Counted from the first letter of the stretch, positions 29,400-39,298 are shown. The stretch: DNA of 64,000 nt from Candidatus Kapaibacterium sp. (GCA_025358765.1 JANYIG010000168.1:325-64324), one strand, 5' to 3'. Numbers and translations are program-made. The notes: generated from the sequence alone by a model not told the origin.

Positions 29400-31373
29400 A
29401 TGAAATCGAAACTTTTTGCAGTGATTATTGGTGCGAGTATCGTCTCAATAGCGCTTTTTATTACTGCTTGTCCATCAACAAAACAAGCCAGTGTGGGTGA
29501 TTCCGACGCAGCCGCAAAGGTGTATGTTGCGCCTGGCAAACAGGATGAATTTTACGCCTTCATGTCAGGTGGTTTTAGCGGACAAATTGGCGTTTATGGT
29601 TTGCCGAGCGGACGCTTATTGCGCGTGATCCCCGTTTTTTCGCAAGACCCTGAAAAAGGGTGGGGGTACTCCGAAGAAACCAAACCCATGCTCAATACTT
29701 CGGGCGGCTTTGTGCCTTGGGACGACACACACCATTTACAACTTTCGCAAACCGATGGTGTGCCAGACGGACGCTGGATATTTGTGAACGGCAATAATAC
29801 GCCGCGCATCGCCCGCATTGACCTTCGCACGTTTCGTACTGTAGAGACAATGGAAATTCCTAATACTGCGGGAAACCACGCCTCGCCGTTCATAACCTCA
29901 AACACAGAATACACCGTTGCCGCTACGCGCTTTAGTGAGCCGTACCAGTTCGAGAATACTGATGTTGCGATTGCGGATTTCAAAGATAAATTCAAAGGCG
30001 CATTTACGTTTGTGAAGGTGGATAAAACATCGGGGTCAATGAACATCGCTTTCCAAATTCTTATGCCGGGATTTAACTATGACCTTTCGCACGCCGGAAA
30101 AGGGAAATCTGAAGGCTGGTTCTTCTTTACCTGCTACAACAGCGAGCAGGCAAACACGATGCTTGAGGTGAATGCAAGCCAAAAAGATAAGGATTATATT
30201 GCGGCGGTAAATTGGAAAAAAGCTGAAGAATACCTCGCGCAAGGCAAAGGGCGTGATGTGAAAGCAAGCTATATGCACAATGTGTATGACGAATCAACCC
30301 ATTCGGCGCATTCCGAGATACTGAATACATTAAAAACCCTCAATCCAGCTGAATGCCCGGGATTGGTCTATTTTATCCCAACGCCAAAATCCCCACATGG
30401 TTGTGATGTTGATCCTTCCGGTGAATTTATTGTCGGTGGCGGTAAACTTTCCACTGTTATCCCTGTGTTTTCATACACAAATATTCAAAAAGCGATTGCT
30501 GAAAAGAACTTCGAGGGCGACCTTTACGGTATCCCTGTGTTGAACTACAAAGCTGCTTTGCATGGCGAGGTAGAAAAACCCGGATTAGGACCACTTCACA
30601 CCGAGTTTGATGGTAAAGGTAATGCCTATACGTCATTTTTTGTGTCGTCGGAAGTTGTAAAATGGGGTTTAGCAGATTGCAAAGTTATTGACCGTACGCC
30701 GACGTATTATTCTGTTGGGCACTTGGTTATTCCTGGTGGCGATAGCAAAAAGCCGTGGGGAAAATATCTGGTGGCAATGAACAAAATCACTAAAGATCGC
30801 TATTTGCCGACCGGTCCGGAGTTGTCACAATCCGCACAACTCTACGATATTTCGGGCGAAAAAATGAAGCTACTGCTCGATTTCCCGACTATCGGAGAGC
30901 CGCATTACGCGCAAGCAATCCCAGCAGAGCTTGTGAAGGATAAATCGTTGAAAGCCTTCAAACTCAAGGACAATCACCATCCGTATGTTACGCTTGGCGA
31001 GAAGGAAGCCCGCGTGGAGCGTAAAGGCAACGAGGTACATGTCTATATGACGGCTATTCGTTCGCATTTTAAGCCCGATAACATCGAAGGCGTAAAAATG
31101 GGTGATGTGGTGTATTTCCACGTGACAAACCTTGAACAAGACTGGGATGTGCCGCACGGTTTTGCGGTTCGTGGCGCAGAAAATGCCGAATTGCTTATTA
31201 TGCCGGGTGAGACCTCGACACTCAAGTGGGTTCCCAAAAAATCGGGTGTTCACGCCATGTATTGCACCGATTTCTGCTCTGCATTGCACCAAGAAATGCA
31301 AGGATATGTGCGCGTTTCGCCCGCAGGCTCGAAAGTAGAGTTGAGCGCAAATGCAAACGGTTCAAAACAATAG
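29400..31373 (+). CDS. nosZ: nitrous-oxide reductase NosZ, Sec-type (clade II)
   Basis: 657 aa. CuA site ...HAMYCTDFCSALHQEMQGYV at the C-terminus. The N-terminal signal lacks a twin-arginine motif. Confidence 0.9.
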   Translation: MKSKLFAVIIGASIVSIALFITACPSTKQASVGDSDAAAKVYVAPGKQDEFYAFMSGGFSGQIGVYGLPSGRLLRVIPVFSQDPEKGWGYSEETKPMLNTSGGFVPWDDTHHLQLSQTDGVPDGRWIFVNGNNTPRIARIDLRTFRTVETMEIPNTAGNHASPFITSNTEYTVAATRFSEPYQFENTDVAIADFKDKFKGAFTFVKVDKTSGSMNIAFQILMPGFNYDLSHAGKGKSEGWFFFTCYNSEQANTMLEVNASQKDKDYIAAVNWKKAEEYLAQGKGRDVKASYMHNVYDESTHSAHSEILNTLKTLNPAECPGLVYFIPTPKSPHGCDVDPSGEFIVGGGKLSTVIPVFSYTNIQKAIAEKNFEGDLYGIPVLNYKAALHGEVEKPGLGPLHTEFDGKGNAYTSFFVSSEVVKWGLADCKVIDRTPTYYSVGHLVIPGGDSKKPWGKYLVAMNKITKDRYLPTGPELSQSAQLYDISGEKMKLLLDFPTIGEPHYAQAIPAELVKDKSLKAFKLKDNHHPYVTLGEKEARVERKGNEVHVYMTAIRSHFKPDNIEGVKMGDVVYFHVTNLEQDWDVPHGFAVRGAENAELLIMPGETSTLKWVPKKSGVHAMYCTDFCSALHQEMQGYVRVSPAGSKVELSANANGSKQ

Positions 31374-31467
31374 TACGTTCTCTGTCCGTCGCACGGCGTT
31401 TGTCACAATTGCTGTGGCAAACGCCTGATAGACGAGAATGGCTTACAATCATTAAACTTGAATATAT

Positions 31468-32508
31468 ATGAAACCGCAATCGCGCATTCTCATGGCAGTC
31501 GCTGCGCTTATTTTATTGTTGATGTACTTGTTGCCGATGTGGAGTATTTCGCTTGATGCTCCACAGTATCCAGAAGGTTTGGGCTTAAAAATTTATATTA
31601 ACACCATCATAGGAGCACAAGAGAATGATCTGCAAAACATCAATGGGCTGAACCATTATATCGGCATGAAGCGTATAGAGCCGGATTCAATTGCGGAACT
31701 GCGGTATATGCCTGTCATTATCGGCGCATTGATTGTGTTAGGGTTGCTTATAGCGTGGAAGGGTACTTGCCGGATGGTGGGTGCTTGGGTGCTATTATTT
31801 GTGGTTCTGAGTATTGTGGGAGTGACCGATTTTTACCTCTGGGAATATGACTATGGACACAACCTTGATCCGCATGCCGCTATCAAAATTGATGGAATGT
31901 CATACCAACCGCCATTGCTGGGTTCTAAGCAGCTTTTGAATTTTACGGCATATTCATACCCCGACATTTCCGGATACATTGCCGGAGTGTCTATTTTGCT
32001 CGGCGCGGCAGCATTTGTGCTGTCGTGCAACCGTAAAAGAATCCTACCAGCAAAAAATATTACCGCTGCGACAAGCGTAGTGCTGGCTTCTTTGATTCTT
32101 GTTTCTTGTGAACCAAAACCACAGTCAATTTCCGTTGGACAAGAAGAATGCGCCCACTGTAAAATGAGCATTAGTGATAAGCGTTTTGCTGCCGAACTTT
32201 TGACCCAAAAAGGCAAGGCATATAAATTTGATGCAATTGAGTGTATGGCAGCCTTTGTGGGTGAAAAGACTGTTGCTGTAGATGATATTCACTCGCTTTG
32301 GGTGGTGGATTTTGCCCATCCCGATGAGTTTTTGAATACCAAAAAATCATTCTTTCTTCACAGCCCACTGATTCAAAGCCCGATGAGCATGAATTTAGCG
32401 GCATTTCCCAGCCGCGAAGCCTTCGATAAAGCCCAGAAACAGTTTGGTGGCGAGCTTTATTATTGGGATAGCGTTCGTCTTTTGGTAGCGAAGGGAATGG
32501 GGAAGTAG
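31468..32508 (+). CDS. nosL: membrane-domain (NosB-like?)::NosL copper chaperone fusion
   Basis: The N-terminal 190 aa carry 4 TM helices. Then comes an internal lipobox-like LILVSCEP and a NosL-like domain with CAHCKM...FDAIEC... Position is between nosZ and nosD. Confidence 0.5.
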   Translation: MKPQSRILMAVAALILLLMYLLPMWSISLDAPQYPEGLGLKIYINTIIGAQENDLQNINGLNHYIGMKRIEPDSIAELRYMPVIIGALIVLGLLIAWKGTCRMVGAWVLLFVVLSIVGVTDFYLWEYDYGHNLDPHAAIKIDGMSYQPPLLGSKQLLNFTAYSYPDISGYIAGVSILLGAAAFVLSCNRKRILPAKNITAATSVVLASLILVSCEPKPQSISVGQEECAHCKMSISDKRFAAELLTQKGKAYKFDAIECMAAFVGEKTVAVDDIHSLWVVDFAHPDEFLNTKKSFFLHSPLIQSPMSMNLAAFPSREAFDKAQKQFGGELYYWDSVRLLVAKGMGK

Positions 32509-32529
32509 AAATGTAGAAAATGAAAAAAT

Positions 32530-33843
32530 TTGTCGAGGTTGATTGTTGTTAATTCCTTTATGACATTGCTCCAGACCATAATATTACCAATCGTTGCGAG
32601 CCTTTTTTTGCTTTCGCAACTTACCGCAAAGACGTTTGACGTGTATCCGTCGGGCGGTGCGCTTGCGCGGGTGGTTGCTTTAGCTCATGCTGGCGATACA
32701 CTGCTTTTGCACGAGGGAGTGTACCGCGAAAGCGGCATCGTGGTTGATAAACCACTCTCATTGCAGGGGCAGCGTTCTGGGGGCGCTGTGGTTTTGGACG
32801 CGGAAAACAAAGGCGTTTCGATTCTTTTTATCAGGGCGAACAATGTTTCGATTTGTGGTTTGACCTTCAAAAACGTTGCCGTTGCGTACACAACCGACAA
32901 TGCCGCCATTCGTGCGGATAACGTTCGCAATTGTGTGATTGAAAACAATACGCTTGACAATACTTTTTTTGGCATTTACCTTGCAAAATCTTCGTTTTGC
33001 CGTATTGCCAACAATGTTCTCACTGCCCATGGGAGCCATGAATCCTCGTCGGGCAATGGCGTTCATTTGTGGCGCTGCGACAGCATTACCATCCATCACA
33101 ACACCGTGAATGGTCATCGGGACGGTATTTACTTTGAGTTCGTTCATACAGCAGTCATCACGCAAAACCTGAGTACCGGAAACTTACGTTATGGTTTGCA
33201 TTTTATGTTTTCAGATTCCTGCGTTTATGAGCAAAACACGTTTCGTCGCAACGGTGCTGGAGTAGCGGTGATGTACACGCATAACGTCCATATGGTGAAC
33301 AACCGATTTGAAGACAATTGGGGTGCAGCAGCGTACGGGGCGCTTTTCAAAGACATTGATGACAGTGAAGTCCGTGGCAATGTTTTTGTCAATAACACTA
33401 TTGGGCTTTACGCTGAAGGTTGCAATCGCTCAATCATTGAACAAAATGAGTTTTTGCACAATGGATATGCGGTGAAAATTATGGCTAATTCGATGAGCAA
33501 TATATTTACGCATAACACATTTGAGGGTAATTCATTTGATGTTTCGACCAATAGTCTCCAAAACTACAACACCTTCCGGGGCAACTATTGGAGCCGTTAT
33601 CAAGGATACGATCTCAACCACGATGGCGTGGGCGATGTGCCGTTTCGCCCCGTGAGACTTTTTTCGTTGATCGTTGAACAACAAGCGCCCGCACTCGTGT
33701 TGATGCACAGTTTGTTCGTGGAATTGCTTGATATTGCTGAACGAGCCTTGCCTTCGCTGACCCCTGAAACGCTTGTGGATAACGAACCACTTCTGAAGCC
33801 TTATCGGAAGCCTTTTTCCCATTCATCGCTTTCTCGAAAATGA
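32530..33843 (+). CDS. nosD: NosD, periplasmic right-handed beta-helix copper-processing protein
   Basis: Repeated N-x-I/V-x-x-N beta-helix units (NNVLTAHG, HHNTVNGH, NNRFEDN, NNTIGLY). 4-bp overlap with nosF. Confidence 0.8.
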   Translation: MSRLIVVNSFMTLLQTIILPIVASLFLLSQLTAKTFDVYPSGGALARVVALAHAGDTLLLHEGVYRESGIVVDKPLSLQGQRSGGAVVLDAENKGVSILFIRANNVSICGLTFKNVAVAYTTDNAAIRADNVRNCVIENNTLDNTFFGIYLAKSSFCRIANNVLTAHGSHESSSGNGVHLWRCDSITIHHNTVNGHRDGIYFEFVHTAVITQNLSTGNLRYGLHFMFSDSCVYEQNTFRRNGAGVAVMYTHNVHMVNNRFEDNWGAAAYGALFKDIDDSEVRGNVFVNNTIGLYAEGCNRSIIEQNEFLHNGYAVKIMANSMSNIFTHNTFEGNSFDVSTNSLQNYNTFRGNYWSRYQGYDLNHDGVGDVPFRPVRLFSLIVEQQAPALVLMHSLFVELLDIAERALPSLTPETLVDNEPLLKPYRKPFSHSSLSRK

Positions 33844-34613
33844 CAATTATTGAACTTAAGAAGTTAAAAAAAAACTTCGGCACGCTAAGTGTTTTGAAAG
33901 GTGTCAGCTTGAGTATTGAAGCAGGGCTGACGGTAGCGATTTTGGGACCAAATGGTTCTGGTAAAACTACAATTATGAAAAGCCTATTGGGGTTAGTGAA
34001 ACCTGACTCGGGCGAACTCTGGTTTCGGGGCGAATTGCTTACCGCAAAAGCTATCAATGACGGCGCATACAGGCAAAACATTGGCTATATGCCGCAGATA
34101 GCAAGGTTCGAGGAAAACATGACAGCACGCGAGATGTTGGCAATGGTGCGTGATATTCGTAATACGACGGCTTCCCATCAACTGACGAAGTATGTGGAAG
34201 AATTAACACGGCTGTTTGGTTTGGAAACACAACTCGATAAGCCGCTCAAAACCTTGTCCGGCGGTACAAGGCAAAAAGTAAATGCCGTGCTTGCATTTAT
34301 GTTTGAGCCGGAGTTGCTTATGCTTGACGAACCCACGGCTGGGCTTGACCCGATAGCGGCAAGTAACCTTAAAGACCTTATCCTTGCTGAAAAAAAACGC
34401 GGTCGAACCATAGTTCTCACCTCGCATGTTATGAGTGACATCGAAGAGCTTTCCGATATAATTGTGCTGCTCGTTGAAGGCACAATTTATTTTCAAGGTA
34501 GTATAAACGAGCTTCTTGGGCAAACTCAGGAACGTACTATTGAGCGAGCCATTGCACGAATTCTCAAAAGCCAAAGCACCAAAAACATCAAAGACCATGA
34601 ACACAGCAGGTAA
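33840..34613 (+). CDS. nosF: NosF, ABC transporter ATP-binding protein
   Basis: Walker A GPNGSGKTT, signature LSGGTRQK, Walker B LLMLDEP. Confidence 0.85.
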   Translation: MTIIELKKLKKNFGTLSVLKGVSLSIEAGLTVAILGPNGSGKTTIMKSLLGLVKPDSGELWFRGELLTAKAINDGAYRQNIGYMPQIARFEENMTAREMLAMVRDIRNTTASHQLTKYVEELTRLFGLETQLDKPLKTLSGGTRQKVNAVLAFMFEPELLMLDEPTAGLDPIAASNLKDLILAEKKRGRTIVLTSHVMSDIEELSDIIVLLVEGTIYFQGSINELLGQTQERTIERAIARILKSQSTKNIKDHEHSR

Positions 34614-35403
34614 GATTTTCAGGTATCAACTTCGTGCTGCCGTGCGGAGCCGATGGGTACTGCTTTATGCGGGATTTTTTTTCGCTGCCGCAGAAGGGTT
34701 ATTACGGTTCGGCGGCGACAGCGCAAAGGCTGCGGTTAGTTTGCTCAATATTGTGCTGATGTTGCTTCCTTTGGTGAGCATCCTGTTTGGAACGACGTAT
34801 CTGTACAATGCCCGTGATTTTGTGGAAATGTTGCTTGCACAACCTGTCCGTCGTTTGTCGTTGTTTACGGGTTTATATGCGGGGTTGACCGTGCCTTTGA
34901 TGGCGGCATTTGTGATAGGTGTGGGAGTACCCTTTGTTACGCATAGCTTCACGAGTAGTACGCCGAGTAGCGGGATAGATGCTTCAGCTCTTACAATTCT
35001 TTTGTTTGCTGGTGTTGCGCTGACGGCGATTTTTACTGCTTTTGCGTTCCTTATTGCTTCGTTGTGCGAAGATAAAGCCTTGGGAATGGGAGTAGCACTT
35101 GTTGTATGGCTTTTGTTGGGTATTCTCTACGACGCAGGTATTTTGGCAATAGTGTGGACATTCCACGATTACCCGCTTGAAACACCGGTTTTGGCGATGA
35201 GTATTGCAAACCCGATAGATTTGGCGCGAATTCTGGTAATGCTAAAGTTCGACATTGCCGCATTGATGGGATACACAGGCGCGGTATTCGAGAAATTTTT
35301 TGGCACCGGTTTCGGATTAGCACTATCGGCATCCTCATTATTCCTTTGGATAGTGCTTCCTTTCTGGGCTGGAATCAAGGTATTTATCAGAAAAGATTTC
35401 TGA
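34597..35403 (+). CDS. nosY: NosY, ABC-2 type permease
   Basis: Start MNTAGKIFRYQL overlaps the nosF stop. Six TM helices. Confidence 0.75.
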   Translation: MNTAGKIFRYQLRAAVRSRWVLLYAGFFFAAAEGLLRFGGDSAKAAVSLLNIVLMLLPLVSILFGTTYLYNARDFVEMLLAQPVRRLSLFTGLYAGLTVPLMAAFVIGVGVPFVTHSFTSSTPSSGIDASALTILLFAGVALTAIFTAFAFLIASLCEDKALGMGVALVVWLLLGILYDAGILAIVWTFHDYPLETPVLAMSIANPIDLARILVMLKFDIAALMGYTGAVFEKFFGTGFGLALSASSLFLWIVLPFWAGIKVFIRKDF

Positions 35404-35413
35404 ACATATAGTT

Positions 35414-35480
35414 CCGGCTAATGCTGGAATCCACTGGCTTGTCGAACGTCATGGAAGCCGGACTTCGCTGGCATGACAAT
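35414..35480 (+). repeat. REP/MITE-like palindromic intergenic element, copy A (partial)
   Basis: GCTGGAATCCACTGGC...GTCATGGAAGCCGGACTTCGCTGGCATGAC is related to copies B, C and D. Confidence 0.5.
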
Positions 35481-35579
35481 CAAAAAAAGCTCTTGAATTC
35501 AAAAATGATGTACTAATGATGTACTAAACGAGCATTTCTTTTTCGTTCCACATTTTTTCTCACGTATTCCACAAACACT

Positions 35580-36152
35580 ATGAAAACCCTCCATATTCTT
35601 ACAACAATCGCCGTAGTAGCATTGTTTTCCACAGCTTGCACAAAACAAAACGACGATGCAGCAGCCCGCTCTGCATCGTCCGCCTCGGAACAACCGAAAG
35701 GCGCTGGGCAAGAAGCAGTGAAGGATGATGATTCACAAAAAGACGTTGTGAAGGTTGCCGTTGGCTCACCCGATCACAGCACACTGGTAACGGCGTTAAA
35801 AGCGGCAGACCTCGTAACGTCGCTCTCCAATGTTGGTCCGTTTACCGTTTTTGCACCAACGAATGCAGCGTTTGATAAGCTCCCCAAAGGTACAGTCGAA
35901 GACCTTTTGAAGCCGGAAAACGTGAACAAACTGCGTGACATTTTGCAACACCACGTAACGGTTGCCGTGTATGAGGCATCATCGCTGAACGACGGGCAGA
36001 TATTGAGCATGGTGGATGGCACGTCGGCAAAAATCACAAAAAAAGGAAACGATCTTTTCATTGAAAATGCAAAAATTATTGCGTCTGTTCGCGCATCCAA
36101 TGGTGCTGTTCATATCATAGATGCTGTGGTTGTGCCACCAGCGGGGAAATAG
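35580..36152 (+). CDS. fasciclin (FAS1) domain lipoprotein
   Basis: Lipobox FSTACTK, then FTVFAPTNAAFDKLPKGTVEDLL...HHV... and the FAS1 signature. Confidence 0.8.
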   Translation: MKTLHILTTIAVVALFSTACTKQNDDAAARSASSASEQPKGAGQEAVKDDDSQKDVVKVAVGSPDHSTLVTALKAADLVTSLSNVGPFTVFAPTNAAFDKLPKGTVEDLLKPENVNKLRDILQHHVTVAVYEASSLNDGQILSMVDGTSAKITKKGNDLFIENAKIIASVRASNGAVHIIDAVVVPPAGK

Positions 36153-36323
36153 TTTTTTCTGGGAGTGCCTGAAATTTAATAAGTCTTTCATCCATTACTG
36201 AACGTTTTGCGGTATAATGAGCGCAGAGGCAGGGAGCCACGTACCCGTGGGGAGAGTTTGAAGATAACATGGAGCTTTCTCTTTTTATACCTTAGAGTGT
36301 AATCCGATTATTGTCCAGGAACC

Positions 36324-36403
36324 GTCATGCCAGCCCCAGCTTTCGCTGGGGTGAACTCCGGCTGGGGGCTGGCATGACAACAACAGTAATCGGAATAAAC
36401 TCT
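36324..36403 (+). repeat. REP/MITE-like palindromic intergenic element, copy B
   Basis: GTCATGCCAGCCCCAGC...GCTGGGGGCTGGCATGAC (17-bp stem with nested hairpin) followed by TAATCGGAATAAACTCTC. Confidence 0.6.
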
Positions 36404-36505
36404 CTTGTAGATTCTCTGCGCTCTCTTGACGGTTTCCGTCAGCCTCGGCGCTCAAATTCATTCGGTACTAAAAAGCCTTACATAAATCATTGCGATTTCA
36501 ATTTT

Positions 36506-38323
36506 ATGGTTATTACGTCTGTTCACACATTTCATATTCCCGTTATGGGGTTGGCGTTTACGATTGACACACCCATCAAGGTAGCGCGGTTCGGCATTTC
36601 GTCGGTTATGTCCATTATTGAGGATATGTTGATAGAAAAAGTACGGAGCTATTATTATCCTCAGATTAACGAAAAATACATTCCGATTTCGACGGAAGAA
36701 GAGGACTATCGCGCCAAACGTATTACGGATTATCTCAATTTGGTAAACAAAATTGTGCGCCAGCAGATAGAACACCTCAAAAATTCCCCCTTTGAAGTTG
36801 GCTCGGAAATCGTGAAATATTTTGAAATGCTCCCATCCGAAAGCCCTTTGTGGCATTTGTACGAGCGTATGAAGCAATCGAATGATGGGCTGGAAAAAGA
36901 ACAACTGGCGGCTTTCCTCAGAGAGCAGATTCGTGCGGGCAGCATAGATGTTAATATTATGACCAAAGTTGATAAAGATAATGTTGACGAAAATGGCGTT
37001 CCCATTGCCGATGGCTCGGATGCCCTTGCGGCGTTACGGGGCTACGCACGTAGCAATCTAACCGATTCGTCCGTTATCCTTTCGGCGGGAATGAACCCAC
37101 GGCTGTATAATTATTTGGGAAAACTTCAAGAGTTTGCCGCCAAAGGGTGGGGCGTGTTCGATAAAAAAGTGGTGATAAAGGTAAGCGATTATCGTTCGGC
37201 TATGATACAGGGCAAATATTTGGCAAAAAAGGGAATCTGGACGAGTGAGTTTAGAATTGAATCAGGTTTGAACTGCGGTGGACACGCTTTTGCAACCGAT
37301 GGGTATTTGATGGGTCCTATCCTTGAAGAATTTAGAGCTAAACGTGACGAACTCATCGGTGCAATCTTTGAAATTTATCAACAAGCCGCACAGGCAAAAG
37401 GTGATCCGATATTTGACGAGCCACATCCCGTAAAAATAACCGCGCAAGGCGGCATCGGCACGTTCGAGGAAGATAATTTTTTACGGAAATATTATGGATT
37501 GGAAAGCACGGGATGGGGAACACCATTTTTACTTGTTCCCGAAGCCACAACCGTGGATAACGAGACGTTGGAGCTTTTGAGGAAGGCAAAAAAAGCGGAC
37601 ATTGTTCTCAGTCATAATTCTCCATTGGGTGTACGTTTCCATTATCTTAAAGGAACAAGTGCTGAAAAAGAAAAATTTGCCCGTATACAAAAAGGTGTTC
37701 CGGGAAGCCCTTGCACCGAAAAACTTCTCGTTTCAAATACGGAATTTACCAAAGAACCTATTTGCACAGCTTCGCATAAATACCAAAAACTGAAGATAGA
37801 ACAATTACAATCATTGAACTTACCCGACGGCGAATATCAAAAACAACTTCAGCCCGTTCTGGATAAAGAGTGTCTGTGTCTTGGGCTAAGTAATGCCGCC
37901 ATCAAACGCTACAAATTGCCGCCCATTAAAAAACTTGAATCCGTCAATGTTTGCCCCGGCCCGAATATTACGCACTTCTCAAAAGTGGTTTCGTTGCAAG
38001 AAATGACCGACCATATTTACGGGCGAGCGACGGTTATAGACGAAGTTGAAAGACCGAATATGTTTATCAATGAATTAAACCTCTATATTGATTACCTGAA
38101 AGAGCAGGTAGAATCCGCCAGAGAAGGGGATACGAAGCAAAAAAAGTATTGTCGTGATTTTTACGAAAACTTAATGAACGGCATTGCTTATTACCATCAA
38201 TTAACCCAAACAGCGTTGGGCGATTCACCACAATCGAAAGAGGCTATTCGTCAAGGTCTCGATCAAGCTGAACAACGCTTGCGTTCTATAGTTGAGGATT
38301 TGAAGGCGGTCGAATATTTATAA
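36506..38323 (+). CDS. hypothetical protein, possibly FMN TIM-barrel (NMO/FabK-like) fold in the central region; start uncertain
   Basis: Long ORF from 36311 whose first 60 codons overlap repeat B, so the start was moved to MVITSVHTF. Motifs NCGGHAF and QGGIGT...GWGTPFLLVPEA resemble the AGGH and GGI...MGTRFL motifs of nitronate monooxygenase-family enzymes. Recalled from memory, so weak. Confidence 0.35.
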   Translation: MVITSVHTFHIPVMGLAFTIDTPIKVARFGISSVMSIIEDMLIEKVRSYYYPQINEKYIPISTEEEDYRAKRITDYLNLVNKIVRQQIEHLKNSPFEVGSEIVKYFEMLPSESPLWHLYERMKQSNDGLEKEQLAAFLREQIRAGSIDVNIMTKVDKDNVDENGVPIADGSDALAALRGYARSNLTDSSVILSAGMNPRLYNYLGKLQEFAAKGWGVFDKKVVIKVSDYRSAMIQGKYLAKKGIWTSEFRIESGLNCGGHAFATDGYLMGPILEEFRAKRDELIGAIFEIYQQAAQAKGDPIFDEPHPVKITAQGGIGTFEEDNFLRKYYGLESTGWGTPFLLVPEATTVDNETLELLRKAKKADIVLSHNSPLGVRFHYLKGTSAEKEKFARIQKGVPGSPCTEKLLVSNTEFTKEPICTASHKYQKLKIEQLQSLNLPDGEYQKQLQPVLDKECLCLGLSNAAIKRYKLPPIKKLESVNVCPGPNITHFSKVVSLQEMTDHIYGRATVIDEVERPNMFINELNLYIDYLKEQVESAREGDTKQKKYCRDFYENLMNGIAYYHQLTQTALGDSPQSKEAIRQGLDQAEQRLRSIVEDLKAVEYL

Positions 38324-38455
38324 AGGATGATTACACGACTGCCTTGCTAAAAAGTGTAAAATTGGAACAAAAAAAATATAGCAAAATTTCACAAAAAACA
38401 CCAATTTGCCCACCTCTCGAACTACCATACTATTAATTTTTTTTGAAGGTGTATT

Positions 38456-39298
38456 ATGACTGCTACTAAAAGTATTTTTATTTCCTTCTTGCTAGGAGGA
38501 ATGGTCGTTTTGGGTTGTGCTTGGCTGACTGCTCCCCATTTTGCAACGGCATTTCTTCCGATAATGGCGGCGTTAGGGGGGTTTATTGCAACGGGTATTA
38601 TAGAAGGAATGGTATCGAAGGCACGAACGGTCATTGCCCCAGGGATATCTGCATTCATGATTACCGTAGTAATGATGTTTGTATTTCCTGCATTGCAATT
38701 TAAAGGTTTCCAAAACATGACCATGTCTGACATGATACTTTTGGCATTTAACGGCATTATTTGCGCCATTATAGGTGGGTGGGTGGGCGAAATGTTTCGG
38801 TACGGTCGAATCATTCAAGCTGAGGAGCAAAAAATCGGCGAATACGTGGATAAAAATACTGCCCTTCATCAGCAAAAAGGCTCACTTAAAGAATCTGTGG
38901 ATGTTACCCCTATTGAATGGAGATGGATATTATGCGGGCTTGTGGTTGGTATTATGCAGAGCATCTTAATTGCAAGTCTTCACTTTGCGACGTTTGCTCG
39001 AAGCACCAATCCGGCTGAATCGCTTTTGATTCCGTTCTTATGTGGTCTCGCAATCACTGGTTTTGTGGTAGGATGGCTTTCACCCGGGCACACGTTAAAT
39101 GAAGCTGCATTGTCTGGTTTTATGACAGTAGTGATTGATATGAATATTATTGTTGTTGGATTAGCTACCGAGGTAGCGGTATCGGTGATGGTTGGTAGCA
39201 TGATTGTCGGGCTAGTTATTGCACTGCTTGGTGGAATGTTGGGTGATAAGTTCGGAACTATGACGATTGCAAAAAAATCCATAAACGTACCAAGGTAG
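38456..39298 (+). CDS. hypothetical polytopic membrane protein with internal duplication
   Basis: 280 aa, about 8 TM helices. Two homologous halves each carry an HFAT(A/F) motif. Confidence 0.45.
   Translation: MTATKSIFISFLLGGMVVLGCAWLTAPHFATAFLPIMAALGGFIATGIIEGMVSKARTVIAPGISAFMITVVMMFVFPALQFKGFQNMTMSDMILLAFNGIICAIIGGWVGEMFRYGRIIQAEEQKIGEYVDKNTALHQQKGSLKESVDVTPIEWRWILCGLVVGIMQSILIASLHFATFARSTNPAESLLIPFLCGLAITGFVVGWLSPGHTLNEAALSGFMTVVIDMNIIVVGLATEVAVSVMVGSMIVGLVIALLGGMLGDKFGTMTIAKKSINVPR

Noticed and set aside
29594-31479. Antisense ORFs inside nosZ (29594..30046 minus, 30870..31301 minus and others).
   Set aside because: Shadow ORFs of nosZ.
36311-36505. Annotated ORF start at 36311 for the 670-aa protein (MSRNRHASPSFRWGELRLGAGMTT...).
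   Set aside because: The first 25 codons are the translation of palindromic repeat B; the Arg/Trp-rich translation is an artefact of the GC-rich hairpin. The start was moved downstream, though the exact start is uncertain.
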